Shown: piece after piece, positions 13,049-26,400 of the stretch
Layout of the letters: every line of letters starts with the position of its first letter
How positions within the stretch are numbered: position 1 is the stretch's first letter
Position numbers and translations under genes: made by a program
From: the human T2T-CHM13v2.0 reference genome, Homo sapiens
DNA: 64,000 nt
Strand: one strand, 5' to 3'
Assembly (NCBI RefSeq): GCF_009914755.1
Contig: NC_060928.1
Notes under the pieces: model-generated
What the model saw: only the letters and a program-made list of their open reading frames with translations
Told to the model about the DNA's origin: nothing
Database searches by the model: none

Positions 13049-15089
13049 AGCATTCTCGGAAACTTCTTTTTGATGTGTGTACTCAAGTAACAGAGTTGAA
13101 CCTTCCTTTTGACACAGCAGTTTTGAAACAATCTTTTTGTAGAATCTGCAAGTGGATATTTGGATAGCTTTGAGGATTTCGTTGGAAACGGGATATCTTC
13201 ATATAAAATCTAGACAGAAGCATTCTCAGAAACTTCTTTGTGCTGTATGTCCTCAATTAACAGAGTTGAACCATTGCTTGGATACAGCATTTTGGAAACA
13301 TTCCTTGAGTAGAATCTGCAAGTTGATATTTAGATAGATTTGAAGATTTCGTTGGAAAAGGGAATATCTCCATATAAAATCTAGAAGGAAGCATTCTCAG
13401 AAACTGCTTTGTGATGTTTCCATTCAAATCACAGAGTTGAATATTCCCTTTTATAGAGCACGTTTGAAACACTCTTTCTGCACTATCTGGAAGTGGACAT
13501 TTCGAGCGCTTTGAGGCCTATGGTGAAAAAGGAAATATCTTCCCATAAAAACTAGACAGAAGCATTCTCAGAAACTTGTTTGTGATGTGTGTATTCAACT
13601 AACAGAGTTGAACTTTTGTTTTTACAGAGCCGTTTTAAAACACTCTTTTTGTGGAATCAGAAAGTGGATATTCGGATGGCTCTGAGGATTTCGTTGGAAG
13701 CGGGATTACATATAAAATCTAGAGAGAAGCATTCTCAGGAACTTCTTTGTGATGTTTGCATTGAAGTCACAGAATTGAACATTCACTTTGATAGAGCAGG
13801 TTTGAAACACTCATTCTGTAGTATCTGGAAGTGGACATTTCAAGCGCTTTCAGGCCTATGGTGAGAAAGGAAATATCTTCGAATAAAAACTAGACAGAAG
13901 CATCCTCAGAAACTTATTTGTGATGTGTGTCCTCAACTAACAGAGTTGAAACTTTGTTTTGATACAGCATTTTGGAAACACTCTTTTTGTAGAATCTGCA
14001 GGTGGATATTTGGATAGCTTAGAGGGATTCGTTGGAAAGGGGATATCTTCATATAAAATCTAGACAGAAGCATTCTCAGAAACTTATTTGTGATGTGTGT
14101 CCTCAACTAACAGAGTTGAACCTTGGTTTTGATACAGCATTTTGGAAACACTCCTTTTGTAGAATCTGCAGGTGGATATGTGGATAGCTCTGAAGATTTC
14201 GTTGGAAACGGGAATTTCTTCATATAAAATCAAACAGAAGCATTCTCAGAAACTTCTCAGTGATGTTTGCATTCAGCTCATGGAGTTGAACACTTCCTTT
14301 CATAGAGCCGGTTTGAAACACTCTTTCTGCACTACCTGGAAGAGGACATTTCGAGCGCTTTGAGTCCTATGGTGAAAAAGGAAATATCTTCTCATAAAAA
14401 CCAGAAAGAAGCATTCTCAGAAACTTCTTTGTGTTGTGTGTACTCATGTAACAGTGTTGAACCATCCTTTTGACAGAGCAGTTTTGAAACACTCTTTTTG
14501 TAGAATCTGCAAGTGGATATTTGGATAGCTTTGAGGATTTCGTTGGAAACGGGATGACATATAATATCTAGAGAGAAGCATACTCAGGAACTTCTTTGTG
14601 ATGTTTGCATTCAAGTCACAGAATTGAACATTCCTTTTCATAGTGCAGGTTTGAAACACTCTTTCTGTAGTATCTGGAAGTGGACATTTCAAGCGCTTTC
14701 AGGCCTACGGGGAGAAAGGAAATATCTTCAAATAAAAACTAGATAGAAGGATTCTCAGAAACTTATTTGTGATGTGTGTCCTAAACGAACACAGTTGAAC
14801 CTTTGTTTTGATACAGCATTTTGGAAACACTCCTTTTGTAGGATCTGCAGGTGGATATTTGGATAGATTTTAAGATTTCGTTGGAAACGGGAGTTTCTTC
14901 ATAGAAACTCAAGACAGATGCATTCTCAGAAACATCTCTGTGATGTTTGCATTCCACTCATAGAGTTGAAAACTTCCTTTCATAGAGCAGGTTTGAAACA
15001 CTCTTTTTGTAATATTTGGAAGTGGACATTTGCAGCGCTTTGAGGCCTATGGTGAAAAAGGAAATATCTTCTCATAAAAACCAGAAACA
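13049..15089 (+). repeat. HOR unit 5: 12-mer deletion variant (2041 bp; m1-m9, m10/m17 hybrid, m18-m19)
   Basis: Period 13152 to 15193 = 2041 = 3232-1191 (7 monomers). m10 state CTTTGTG at 14598 is followed by m17 state TTCCTTTTCATAGTG at 14635. Confidence 0.93.
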
Positions 15090-17640
15090 AGCATTCTCAG
15101 AAACTTCTTTTTGATGTGTGTACTCAAGTAACAGAGTTGAACCTTCCTTTTGACACAGCAGTTTTGAAACAATCTTTTTGTAGAATCTGCAAGTGGATAT
15201 TTGGATAGCTTTGAGGATTTCGTTGGAAACGGGATATCTTCATATAAAATCTAGACAGAAGCATTCTCAGAAACTTCTTTGTGCTGTATGTCCTCAATTA
15301 ACAGAGTTGAACCATTGCTTGGATACAGCATTTTGGAAACATTCCTTGAGTAGAATCTGCAAGTTGATATTTAGATAGATTTGAAGATTTCGTTGGAAAA
15401 GGGAATATCTCCATATAAAATCTAGAGGGAAGCATTCTCAGAAACTGCTTTGTGATGTTTCCATTCAAGTCACAGAGTTGAATATTCCCTTTTATAGAGC
15501 ACGTTTGAAACACTCTTTCTGCACTATCTGGAAGTGGACATTTCGAGCGCTTTGAGGCCTATGGTGAAAAAGGAAATATCTTCCCATAAAAACTAGACAG
15601 AAGCATTCTCAGAAACTTGTTTGTGATGTGTGTATTCAACTAACAGAGTTGAACTTTTGTTTTTACAGAGCCGTTTTAAAACACTCTTTTTGTGGAATCA
15701 GAAAATGGATATTCGGATGGCTCTGAGGATTTCGTTGGAAGCGGGATTACATATAAAATCTAGAGAGAAGCATTCTCAGGAACTTCTTTGTGATGTTTGC
15801 ATTGAAGTCACAGAATTGAACATTCACTTTGATAGAGCAGGTTTGAAACACTCAATCTGTAGTATCTGGAACTGGACATTTCAAGCGCTTTCAGGCCTAT
15901 GGTGAGAAAGGAAATATCTTCGAATAAAAACTAGACAGAAGCATCCTCAGAAACTTATTTGTGATGTGTGTCCTCAACTAACAGAGTTGAAACTTTGTTT
16001 TGATACAGCATTTTGGAAACACTCTTTTTGTAGAATCTGCAGGTGGATATTTGGATAGCTTAGAGGGATTCGTTGGAAAGGGGATATCTTCATATAAAAT
16101 CTAGACAGAAGCATTCTCAGAAACTTATTTGTGATGTGTGTCCTCAACTAACAGAGTTGAACCTTGGTTTTGATACAGCATTTTGGAAACACTCCTTTTG
16201 TAGAATCTGCAGGTGGATATGTGGATAGCTCTGAAGATTTCGTTGGAAACGGGAATTTCTTCATATAAAATCAAACAGAAGCATTCTCAGAAACTTCTCA
16301 GTGATGTTTGCATTCAGCTCATGGAGTTGAACACTTCCTTTCATAGAGCCGGTTTGAAACACTCTTTCTGCACTACCTGGAAGAGGACATTTCGAGCGCT
16401 TTGAGTCCTATGGTGAAAAAGGAAATATCTTCTCATAAAAACCAGAAAGAAGCATTCTCAGAAACTTCTTTGTGTTGTGTGTACTCAAGTAACTGTGTTG
16501 AACCTTCCTTTTGACACAGCAGTTTTGAAACACTCTTTTGGTAGAATCTGCAAGTGGATATTTGGATAGCTTTGAGGATTTCGTTGGAAACGGGTTATCT
16601 TCATATAAAATCCAGACAGGAGCATTCTCAGAAACTTCTTTGTGCTGCATGTCCTCAATTCACAGAGCTGAACCTTTGTTTGGATACAGCATTTTGGAAA
16701 CATTCCTTTAGTAGAATCTGCAAGTTGATATTTAGATAGCTTTGAAGATTTCTTTGGAAACGGGAATATCTTCATAGAAAATCTAGACGGAAGCATTCTC
16801 AGAAACTGCTTTGTGATGTTTGCATTCAAGTCACAGAGTTGAATATTCCCTTTTATAGAGTAGGTTTGAAACACTCTTTCGGCACTACCTGGAAGTGGAT
16901 ATTTCGAGCTCTTTGAGGCCTATGGTTAAAAGGAAATATCTTCCCATAAAAACTAGACAGAAGCCGTCTCAGAAACTTGTTTGTGATGTGTGTATTCAAC
17001 TAACAGAGTTGAACATTTCTGTTACAGAGCAATTTTAAAACACTCTTTTTGTGGAATCTGAAAGTGGATAATTGGATAGCTTTGTGGATTTCGTTGGAAA
17101 CGGGATGACGTATAAAATCTAGAGAGAAGCATTCTCAGGAACTTCTTTCTGATGTTTGCATTCAAGTCACAGAATTGAACATTCCTTTTCATAGTGCAGG
17201 TTTGAAACACTCTTTCTGTAGTATCTGGAAGTGGACATTTCAAGCGCTTTCAGGCCTACGGGGAGAAAGGAAATATCTTCAAATAAAAACTAGAGAGAAG
17301 GATTCTCAGAAACTTATTTGTGATGTGTGTCCTAAACGAACACAGTTGAACCTTTGTTTTGATACAGCATTTTGGAAACACTCCTTTTGTAGGATCTGCA
17401 GGTGGATATTTGGATAGATTTTAAGATTTCGTTGGAAACGGGAGTTTCTTCATAGAAACTCAAGACAGATGCATTCTCAGAAACATCTCTGTGATGTTTG
17501 CATTCCACTCATAGAGTTGAAAACTTCCTTTCATAGAGCAGGTTTGAAACACTCTTTTTGTAATATTTGGAAGTGGACATTTGCAGCGCTTTGAGGCCTA
17601 TGGTGAAAAAGGAAATATCTTCTCATAAAAACCAGAAACA
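15090..17640 (+). repeat. HOR unit 6: 15-mer variant (2551 bp; m9-m12 equivalent deleted)
   Basis: Period 2551 = 3232-681. m8 marker GAGTCCTA (16406) is followed by m13 marker ACTCAAGT (16488). Confidence 0.93.
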
Positions 17641-20600
17641 AGCATTCTCAGAAACTTCTTTTTGATGTGTGTACTCAAGTAACAGAGTTGAACCTTCCTT
17701 TTGACACAGCAGTTTTGAAACAATCTTTTTGTAGAATCTGCAAGTGGATATTTGGATAGCTTTGAGGATTTCGTTGGAAACGGGATATCTTCATATAAAA
17801 TCTAGACAGAAGCATTCTCAGAAACTTCTTTGTGCTGTATGTCCTCAATTAACAGAGTTGAACCATTGCTTGGATACAGCATTTTGGAAACATTCCTTGA
17901 GTAGAATCTGCAAGTTGATATTTAGATAGATTTGAAGATTTCATTGGAAAAGGGAATATCTCCATATAAAATCTAGAGGGAAGCATTCTCAGAAACTGCT
18001 TTGTGATGTTTCCATTCAAGTCACAGAGTTGAATATTCCCTTTTATAGAGCACGTTTGAAACACTCTTTCTGCACTATCTGGAAGTGGACATTTCGAGCG
18101 CTTTGAGGCCTATGGTGAAAAAGGAAATATCTTCCCATAAAAACTAGACAGAAGCATTCTCAGAAACTTGTTTGTGATGTGTGTATTCAACTAACAGAGT
18201 TGAACTTTTGTTTTTACAGAGCCGTTTTAAAACACTCTTTTTGTGGAATCAGAAAGTGGATATTCGGATGGCTCTGAGGATTTCGTTGGAAGCGGGATTA
18301 CATATAAAATCTAGAGAGAAGCATTCTCAGGAACTTCTTTGTGATGTTTGCATTGAAGTCACAGAATTGAACATTCACTTTGATAGAGCAGGTTTGAAAC
18401 ACTCATTCTGTAGTATCTGGAAGTGGACATTTCAAGCGCTTTCAGGCCTATGGTGAGAAAGGAAATATCTTCGAATAAAAACTAGACAGAAGCATCCTCA
18501 GAAACTTATTTGTGATGTGTGTCCTCAACTAACAGAGTTGAAACTTTGTTTTGATACAGCATTTTGGAAACACTCTTTTTGTAGAATCTGCAGGTGGATA
18601 TTTGGATAGCTTAGAGGGATTCGTTGGAAAGGGGATATCTTCATATAAAATCTAGACAGAAGCATTCTCAGAAACTTATTTGTGATGTGTGTCCTCAACT
18701 AACAGAGTTGAACCTTGGTTTTGATACAGCATTTTGGAAACACTCCTTTTGTAGAATCTGCAGGTGGATATGTGGATAGCTCTGAAGATTTCGTTGGAAA
18801 CGGGAATTTCTTCATATAAAATCAAACAGAAGCATTCTCAGAAACTTCTCAGTGATGTTTGCATTCAGCTCATGGAGTTGAACACTTCCTTTCATAGAAC
18901 CGGTTTGAAACACTCTTTCTGCACTACCTGGAAGAGGACATTTCGAGCGCTTTGAGTCCTATGGTGAAAAAGGAAATATCTTCTCATAAAAACCAGAAAG
19001 AAGCATTCTCAGAAACTTCTTTGTGTTGTGTGTACTCATGTAACAGTGTTGAACCATCCTTTTGACAGAGCAGTTTTGAAACACTCTTTTTGTAGAATCT
19101 GCAAGTGGATATTTGGATAGCTTTGAGGATTTCGTTGGAAACGGGATGACATATAATATCTAGAGAGAAGCATTCTCAGGAACTTCTTTGTGATGTTTGC
19201 ATTCAAGTCACAGAATTGAACATTCCCTTTCATAGAGCAGGTTTGAAACACTCTTTCTCTAGTATCTGGAAGTGGGCATTTGAAGCGCTTTCAGGCCTAT
19301 GGAGAGAAAGGAAATACCTTCAAATAAAAACTAGACAGAAGCATTCTCAGAAACTTATTTGTGATGTGTGTCCTCAACTAACAGAGTTGAACCTTTGTTT
19401 TGATACAGCATTTTGGAAACACTCCTTTTGTAGAATCTGCAGGTGGATATTTGGATAACTTTGAAGATTTCATTGGAAACCGGAATATCTTCATATAAAA
19501 TCAAGACAGAAGCATTCTCGGAAACATCTCTGTGATGTTTGCATTCAACTCAGTAGAGTTGAACACTTCCTTTCATAGAGCCGGTTTGAAACACTCTTTC
19601 TGCACTACCTGGAAGCGGACATTTCGAGCGCTTTGAGGCCTATGGTGAAAAAGGAAATAGCTTCTCATAAAAACCAGAAAGAAGCATTCTCAGAAACTTC
19701 TTTGTGTTGTGTGTACTCAAGTAACAGTGTTGAACCTTCCTTTTGACACAGCAGTTTTGAAACACTCTTTTGGTAGAATCTGCAAGTGGATATTTGGATA
19801 GCTTTGAGGATTTCGTTGGAAACGGGTTATCTTCATATAAAATCCAGACAGGAGCATTCTCAGAAACTTCTTTGTGCTGCATGTCCTCAATTCACAGAGC
19901 TGAACCTTTGTTTGGATACAGCATTTTGGAAACATTCCTTTAGTAGAATCTGCAAGTTGATATTTAGATAGCTTTGAAGATTTCGTTGGAAACGGGAATA
20001 TCTTCATAGAAAATCTAGACGGAAGCATTCTCAGAAACTGCTTTGTGATGTTTGCATTCAAGTCACAGAGTTGAATATTCCCTTTTATAGAGTAGGTTTG
20101 AAACACTCTTTTGGCACTACCTGGAAGTGGATACTTCGAGCTCTTTGAGGCCTATGGTTAAAAGGAAATATCTTCCCATAAAAACTAGACAGAAGCCGTC
20201 TCAGAAACTTGTTTGTGATGTGTGTATTCAACTAACAGAGTTGAACATTTCTGTTACAGAGCAATTTTAAAACACTCTTTTTGTGGAATCTGAAAGTGGA
20301 TAATTGGATAGCTTTGTGGATTTCGTTGGAAACGGGATGACATATAAAATCTAGAGAGAAGCATTCTCAGGAACTTCTTTCTGATGTTTGCATTCAAGTC
20401 ACAGAATTGAACATTCCTTTTCATAGTGCAGGTTTGAAACACTCTTTCTGTAGTATCTGGAAGTGGACATTTCAAGCGCTTTCAGGCCTACGGGGAGAAA
20501 GGAAATATCTTCAAATAAAAACTAGACAGAAGGATTCTCAGAAACTTATTTGTGATGTGTGTCCTAAACGAACACAGTTGAACCTTTGTTTTGATACAGC

Positions 20601-20872
20601 ATTTTGGAAACACTCCTTTTGTAGGATCTGCAGGTGGATATTTGGATAGATTTTAAGATTTCGTTGGAAACGGGAGTTTCTTCATAGAAACTCAAGACAG
20701 ATGCATTCTCAGAAACATCTCTGTGATGTTTGCATTCCACTCATAGAGTTGAAAACTTCCTTTCATAGAGCAGGTTTGAAACACTCTTTTTGTAATATTT
20801 GGAAGTGGACATTTGCAGCGCTTTGAGGCCTATGGTGAAAAAGGAAATATCTTCTCATAAAAACCAGAAACA
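17641..20872 (+). repeat. HOR unit 7: 19-mer
   Basis: Period 17744 to 20976 = 3232. Confidence 0.95.
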
Positions 20873-23423
20873 AGCATTCTCAGAAACTTCTTTTTGATGT
20901 GTGTACTCAAGTAACAGAGTTGAACCTTCCTTTTGACACAGCAGTTTTGAAACAATCTTTTTGTAGAATCTGCAAGTGGATATTTGGATAGCTTTGAGGA
21001 TTTCGTTGGAAACGGGATATCTTCATATAAAATCTAGACAGAAGCATTCTCAGAAACTTCTTTGTGCTGTATGTCCTCAATTAACAGAGTTGAACCATTG
21101 CTTGGATACAGCATTTTGGAAACATTCCTTGAGTAGAATCTGCAAGTTGATATTTAGATAGATTTGAAGATTTCGTTGGAAAAGGGAATATCTCCATATA
21201 AAATCTAGAGGGAAGCATTCTCAGAAACTGCTTTGTGATGTTTCCATTCAAGTCACAGAGTTGAATATTCCCTTTTATAGAGCACGTTTGAAACACTCTT
21301 TCTGCACTATCTGGAAGTGGACATTTCGAGCGCTTTGAGGCCTATGGTGAAAAAGGAAATATCTTCCCATAAAAACTAGACAGAAGCATTCTCAGAAACT
21401 TGTTTGTGATGTGTGTATTCAACTAACAGAGTTGAACTTTTGTTTTTACAGAGCCGTTTTAAAACACTCTTTTTGTGGAATCAGAAAGTGGATATTCGGA
21501 TGGCTCTGAGGATTTCGTTGGAAGCGGGATTACATATAAAATCTAGAGAGAAGCATTCTCAGGAACTTCTTTGTGATGTTTGCATTGAAGTCACAGAATT
21601 GAACATTCACTTTGATAGAGCAGGTTTGAAACACTCAATCTGTAGTATCTGGAACTGGACATTTCAAGCGCTTTCAGGCCTATGGTGAGAAAGGAAATAT
21701 CTTCGAATAAAAACTAGACAGAAGCATCCTCAGAAACTTATTTGTGATGTGTGTCCTCAACTAACAGAGTTGAAACTTTGTTTTGATACAGCATTTTGGA
21801 AACACTCTTTTTGTAGAATCTGCAGGTGGATATTTGGATAGCTTAGAGGGATTCGTTGGAAAGGGGATATCTTCATATAAAATCTAGACAGAAGCATTCT
21901 CAGAAACTTATTTGTGATGTGTGTCCTCAACTAACAGAGTTGAACCTTGGTTTTGATACAGCATTTTGGAAACACTCCTTTTGTAGAATCTGCAGGTGGA
22001 TATGTGGATAGCTCTGAAGATTTCGTTGGAAACGGGAATTTCTTCATATAAAATCAAACAGAAGCATTCTCAGAAACTTCTCAGTGATGTTTGCATTCAG
22101 CTCATGGAGTTGAACACTTCCTTTCATAGAGCCGGTTTGAAACACTCTTTCTGCACTACCTGGAAGAGGACATTTCGAGCGCTTTGAGTCCTATGGTGAA
22201 AAAGGAAATACCTTCTCATAAAAACCAGAAAGAAGCATTCTCAGAAACTTCTTTGTGTTGTGTGTACTCAAGTAACTGTGTTGAACCTTCCTTTTGACAC
22301 AGCAGTTTTGAAACACTCTTTTGGTAGAATCTGCAAGTGGATATTTGGATAGCTTTGAGGATTTCGTTGGAAACGGGTTATCTTCATATAAAATCCAGAC
22401 AGGAGCATTCTCAGAAACTTCTTTGTGCTGCATGTCCTCAATTCACAGAGCTGAACCTTTGTTTGGATACAGCATTTTGGAAACATTCCTTTAGTAGAAT
22501 CTGCAAGTTGATATTTAGATAGCTTTGAAGATTTCTTTGGAAACGGGAATATCTTCATAGAAAATCTAGACGGAAGCATTCTCAGAAACTGCTTTGTGAT
22601 GTTTGCATTCAAGTCACAGAGTTGAATATTCCCTTTTATAGAGTAGGTTTGAAACACTCTTTCGGCACTACCTGGAAGTGGATATTTCGAGCTCTTTGAG
22701 GCCTATGGTTAAAAGGAAATATCTTCCCATAAAAACTAGACAGAAGCCGTCTCAGAAACATGTTTGTGATGTGTGTATTCAACTAACAGAGTTGAACATT
22801 TCTGTTACAGAGCAATTTTAAAACACTCTTTTTGTGGAATCTGAAAGTGGATAATTGGATAGCTTTGTGGATTTCGTTGGAAACGGGATGACGTATAAAA
22901 TCTAGAGAGAAGCATTCTCAGGAACTTCTTTCTGATGTTTGCATTCAAGTCACAGAATTGAACATTCCTTTTCATAGTGCAGGTTTGAAACACTCTTTCT
23001 GTAGTATCTGGAAGTGGACATTTCAAGCGCTTTCAGGCCTACGGGGAGAAAGGAAATATCTTCAAATAAAAACTAGACAGAAGGATTCTCAGAAACTTAT
23101 TTGTGATGTGTGTCCTAAACGAACACAGTTGAACCTTTGTTTTGATACAGCATTTTGGAAACACTCCTTTTGTAGGATCTGCAGGTGGATATTTGGATAG
23201 ATTTTAAGATTTCGTTGGAAACGGGAGTTTCTTCATAGAAACTCAAGACAGATGCATTCTCAGAAACATCTCTGTGATGTTTGCATTCCACTCATAGAGT
23301 TGAAAACTTCCTTTCATAGAGCAGGTTTGAAACACTCTTTTTGTAATATTTGGAAGTGGACATTTGCAGCGCTTTGAGGCCTATGGTGAAAAAGGAAATA
23401 TCTTCTCATAAAAACCAGAAACA
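20873..23423 (+). repeat. HOR unit 8: 15-mer variant (near-copy of unit 6)
   Basis: Period 2551; same junction and private SNPs as unit 6. Confidence 0.93.
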
Positions 23424-26400
23424 AGCATTCTCAGAAACTTCTTTTTGATGTGTGTACTCAAGTAACAGAGTTGAACCTTCCTTTTGACACAGCAGTTTTG
23501 AAACAATCTTTTTGTAGAATCTGCAAGTGGATATTTGGATAGCTTTGAGGATTTCGTTGGAAACGGGATATCTTCATATAAAATCTAGACAGAAGCATTC
23601 TCAGAAACTTCTTTGTGCTGTATGTCCTCAATTAACAGAGTTGAACCATTGCTTGGATACAGCATTTTGGAAACATTCCTTGAGTAGAATCTGCAAGTTG
23701 ATATTTAGATAGATTTGAAGATTTCATTGGAAAAGGGAATATCTCCATATAAAATCTAGAGGGAAGCATTCTCAGAAACTGCTTTGTGATGTTTCCATTC
23801 AAGTCACAGAGTTGAATATTCCCTTTTATAGAGCACGTTTGAAACACTCTTTCTGCACTATCTGGAAGTGGACATTTCGAGCGCTTTGAGGCCTATGGTG
23901 AAAAAGGAAATATCTTCCCATAAAAACTAGACAGAAGCATTCTCAGAAACTTGTTTGTGATGTGTGTATTCAACTAACAGAGTTGAACTTTTGTTTTTAC
24001 AGAGCCGTTTTAAAACACTCTTTTTGTGGAATCAGAAAGTGGATATTCGGATGGCTCTGAGGATTTCGTTGGAAGCGGGATTACATATAAAATCTAGAGA
24101 GAAGCATTCTCAGGAACTTCTTTGTGATGTTTGCATTGAAGTCACAGAATTGAACATTCACTTTGATAGAGCAGGTTTGAAACACTCATTCTGTAGTATC
24201 TGGAAGTGGACATTTCAAGCGCTTTCAGGCCTATGGTGAGAAAGGAAATATCTTCGAATAAAAACTAGACAGAAGCATCCTCAGAAACTTATTTGTGATG
24301 TGTGTCCTCAACTAACAGAGTTGAAACTTTGTTTTGATACAGCATTTTGGAAACACTCTTTTTGTAGAATCTGCAGGTGGATATTTGGATAGCTTAGAGG
24401 GATTCGTTGGAAAGGGGATATCTTCATATAAAATCTAGACAGAAGCATTCTCAGAAACTTATTTGTGATGTGTGTCCTCAACTAACAGAGTTGAACCTTG
24501 GTTTTGATACAGCATTTTGGAAACACTCCTTTTGTAGAATCTGCAGGTGGATATGTGGATAGCTCTGAAGATTTCGTTGGAAACGGGAATTTCTTCATAT
24601 AAAATCAAACAGAAGCATTCTCAGAAACTTCTCAGTGATGTTTGCATTCAGCTCATGGAGTTGAACACTTCCTTTCATAGAACCGGTTTGAAACACTCTT
24701 TCTGCACTACCTGGAAGAGGACATTTCGAGCGCTTTGAGTCCTATGGTGAAAAAGGAAATATCTTCTCATAAAAACCAGAAAGAAGCATTCTCAGAAACT
24801 TCTTTGTGTTGTGTGTACTCATGTAACAGTGTTGAACCATCCTTTTGACAGAGCAGTTTTGAAACACTCTTTTTGTAGAATCTGCAAGTGGATATTTGGA
24901 TAGCTTTGAGGATTTCGTTGGAAACGGGATGACATATAATATCTAGAGAGAAGCATTCTCAGGAACTTCTTTGTGATGTTTGCATTCAAGTCACAGAATT
25001 GAACATTCCCTTTCATAGAGCAGGTTTGAAACACTCTTTCTCTAGTATCTGGAAGTGGGCATTTGAAGCGCTTTCAGGCCTATGGAGAGAAAGGAAATAC
25101 CTTCAAATAAAAACTAGACAGAAGCATTCTCAGAAACTTATTTGTGATGTGTGTCCTCAACTAACAGAGTTGAACCTTTGTTTTGATACAGCATTTTGGA
25201 AACACTCCTTTTGTAGAATCTGCAGGTGGATATTTGGATAACTTTGAAGATTTCATTGGAAACCGGAATATCTTCATATAAAATCAAGACAGAAGCATTC
25301 TCGGAAACATCTCTGTGATGTTTGCATTCAACTCAGTAGAGTTGAACACTTCCTTTCATAGAGCCGGTTTGAAACACTCTTTCTGCACTACCTGGAAGCG
25401 GACATTTCGAGCGCTTTGAGGCCTATGGTGAAAAAGGAAATAGCTTCTCATAAAAACCAGAAAGAAGCATTCTCAGAAACTTCTTTGTGTTGTGTGTACT
25501 CAAGTAACAGTGTTGAACCTTCCTTTTGACACAGCAGTTTTGAAACACTCTTTTGGTAGAATCTGCAAGTGGATATTTGGATAGCTTTGAGGATTTCGTT
25601 GGAAACGGGTTATCTTCATATAAAATCCAGACAGGAGCATTCTCAGAAACTTCTTTGTGCTGCATGTCCTCAATTCACAGAGCTGAACCTTTGTTTGGAT
25701 ACAGCATTTTGGAAACATTCCTTTAGTAGAATCTGCAAGTTGATATTTAGATAGCTTTGAAGATTTCGTTGGAAACGGGAATATCTTCATAGAAAATCTA
25801 GACGGAAGCATTCTCAGAAACTGCTTTGTGATGTTTGCATTCAAGTCACAGAGTTGAATATTCCCTTTTATAGAGTAGGTTTGAAACACTCTTTTGGCAC
25901 TACCTGGAAGTGGATACTTCGAGCTCTTTGAGGCCTATGGTTAAAAGGAAATATCTTCCCATAAAAACTAGACAGAAGCCGTCTCAGAAACTTGTTTGTG
26001 ATGTGTGTATTCAACTAACAGAGTTGAACATTTCTGTTACAGAGCAATTTTAAAACACTCTTTTTGTGGAATCTGAAAGTGGATAATTGGATAGCTTTGT
26101 GGATTTCGTTGGAAACGGGATGACATATAAAATCTAGAGAGAAGCATTCTCAGGAACTTCTTTCTGATGTTTGCATTCAAGTCACAGAATTGAACATTCC
26201 TTTTCATAGTGCAGGTTTGAAACACTCTTTCTGTAGTATCTGGAAGTGGACATTTCAAGCGCTTTCAGGCCTACGGGGAGAAAGGAAATATCTTCAAATA
26301 AAAACTAGACAGAAGGATTCTCAGAAACTTATTTGTGATGTGTGTCCTAAACGAACACAGTTGAACCTTTGTTTTGATACAGCATTTTGGAAACACTCCT

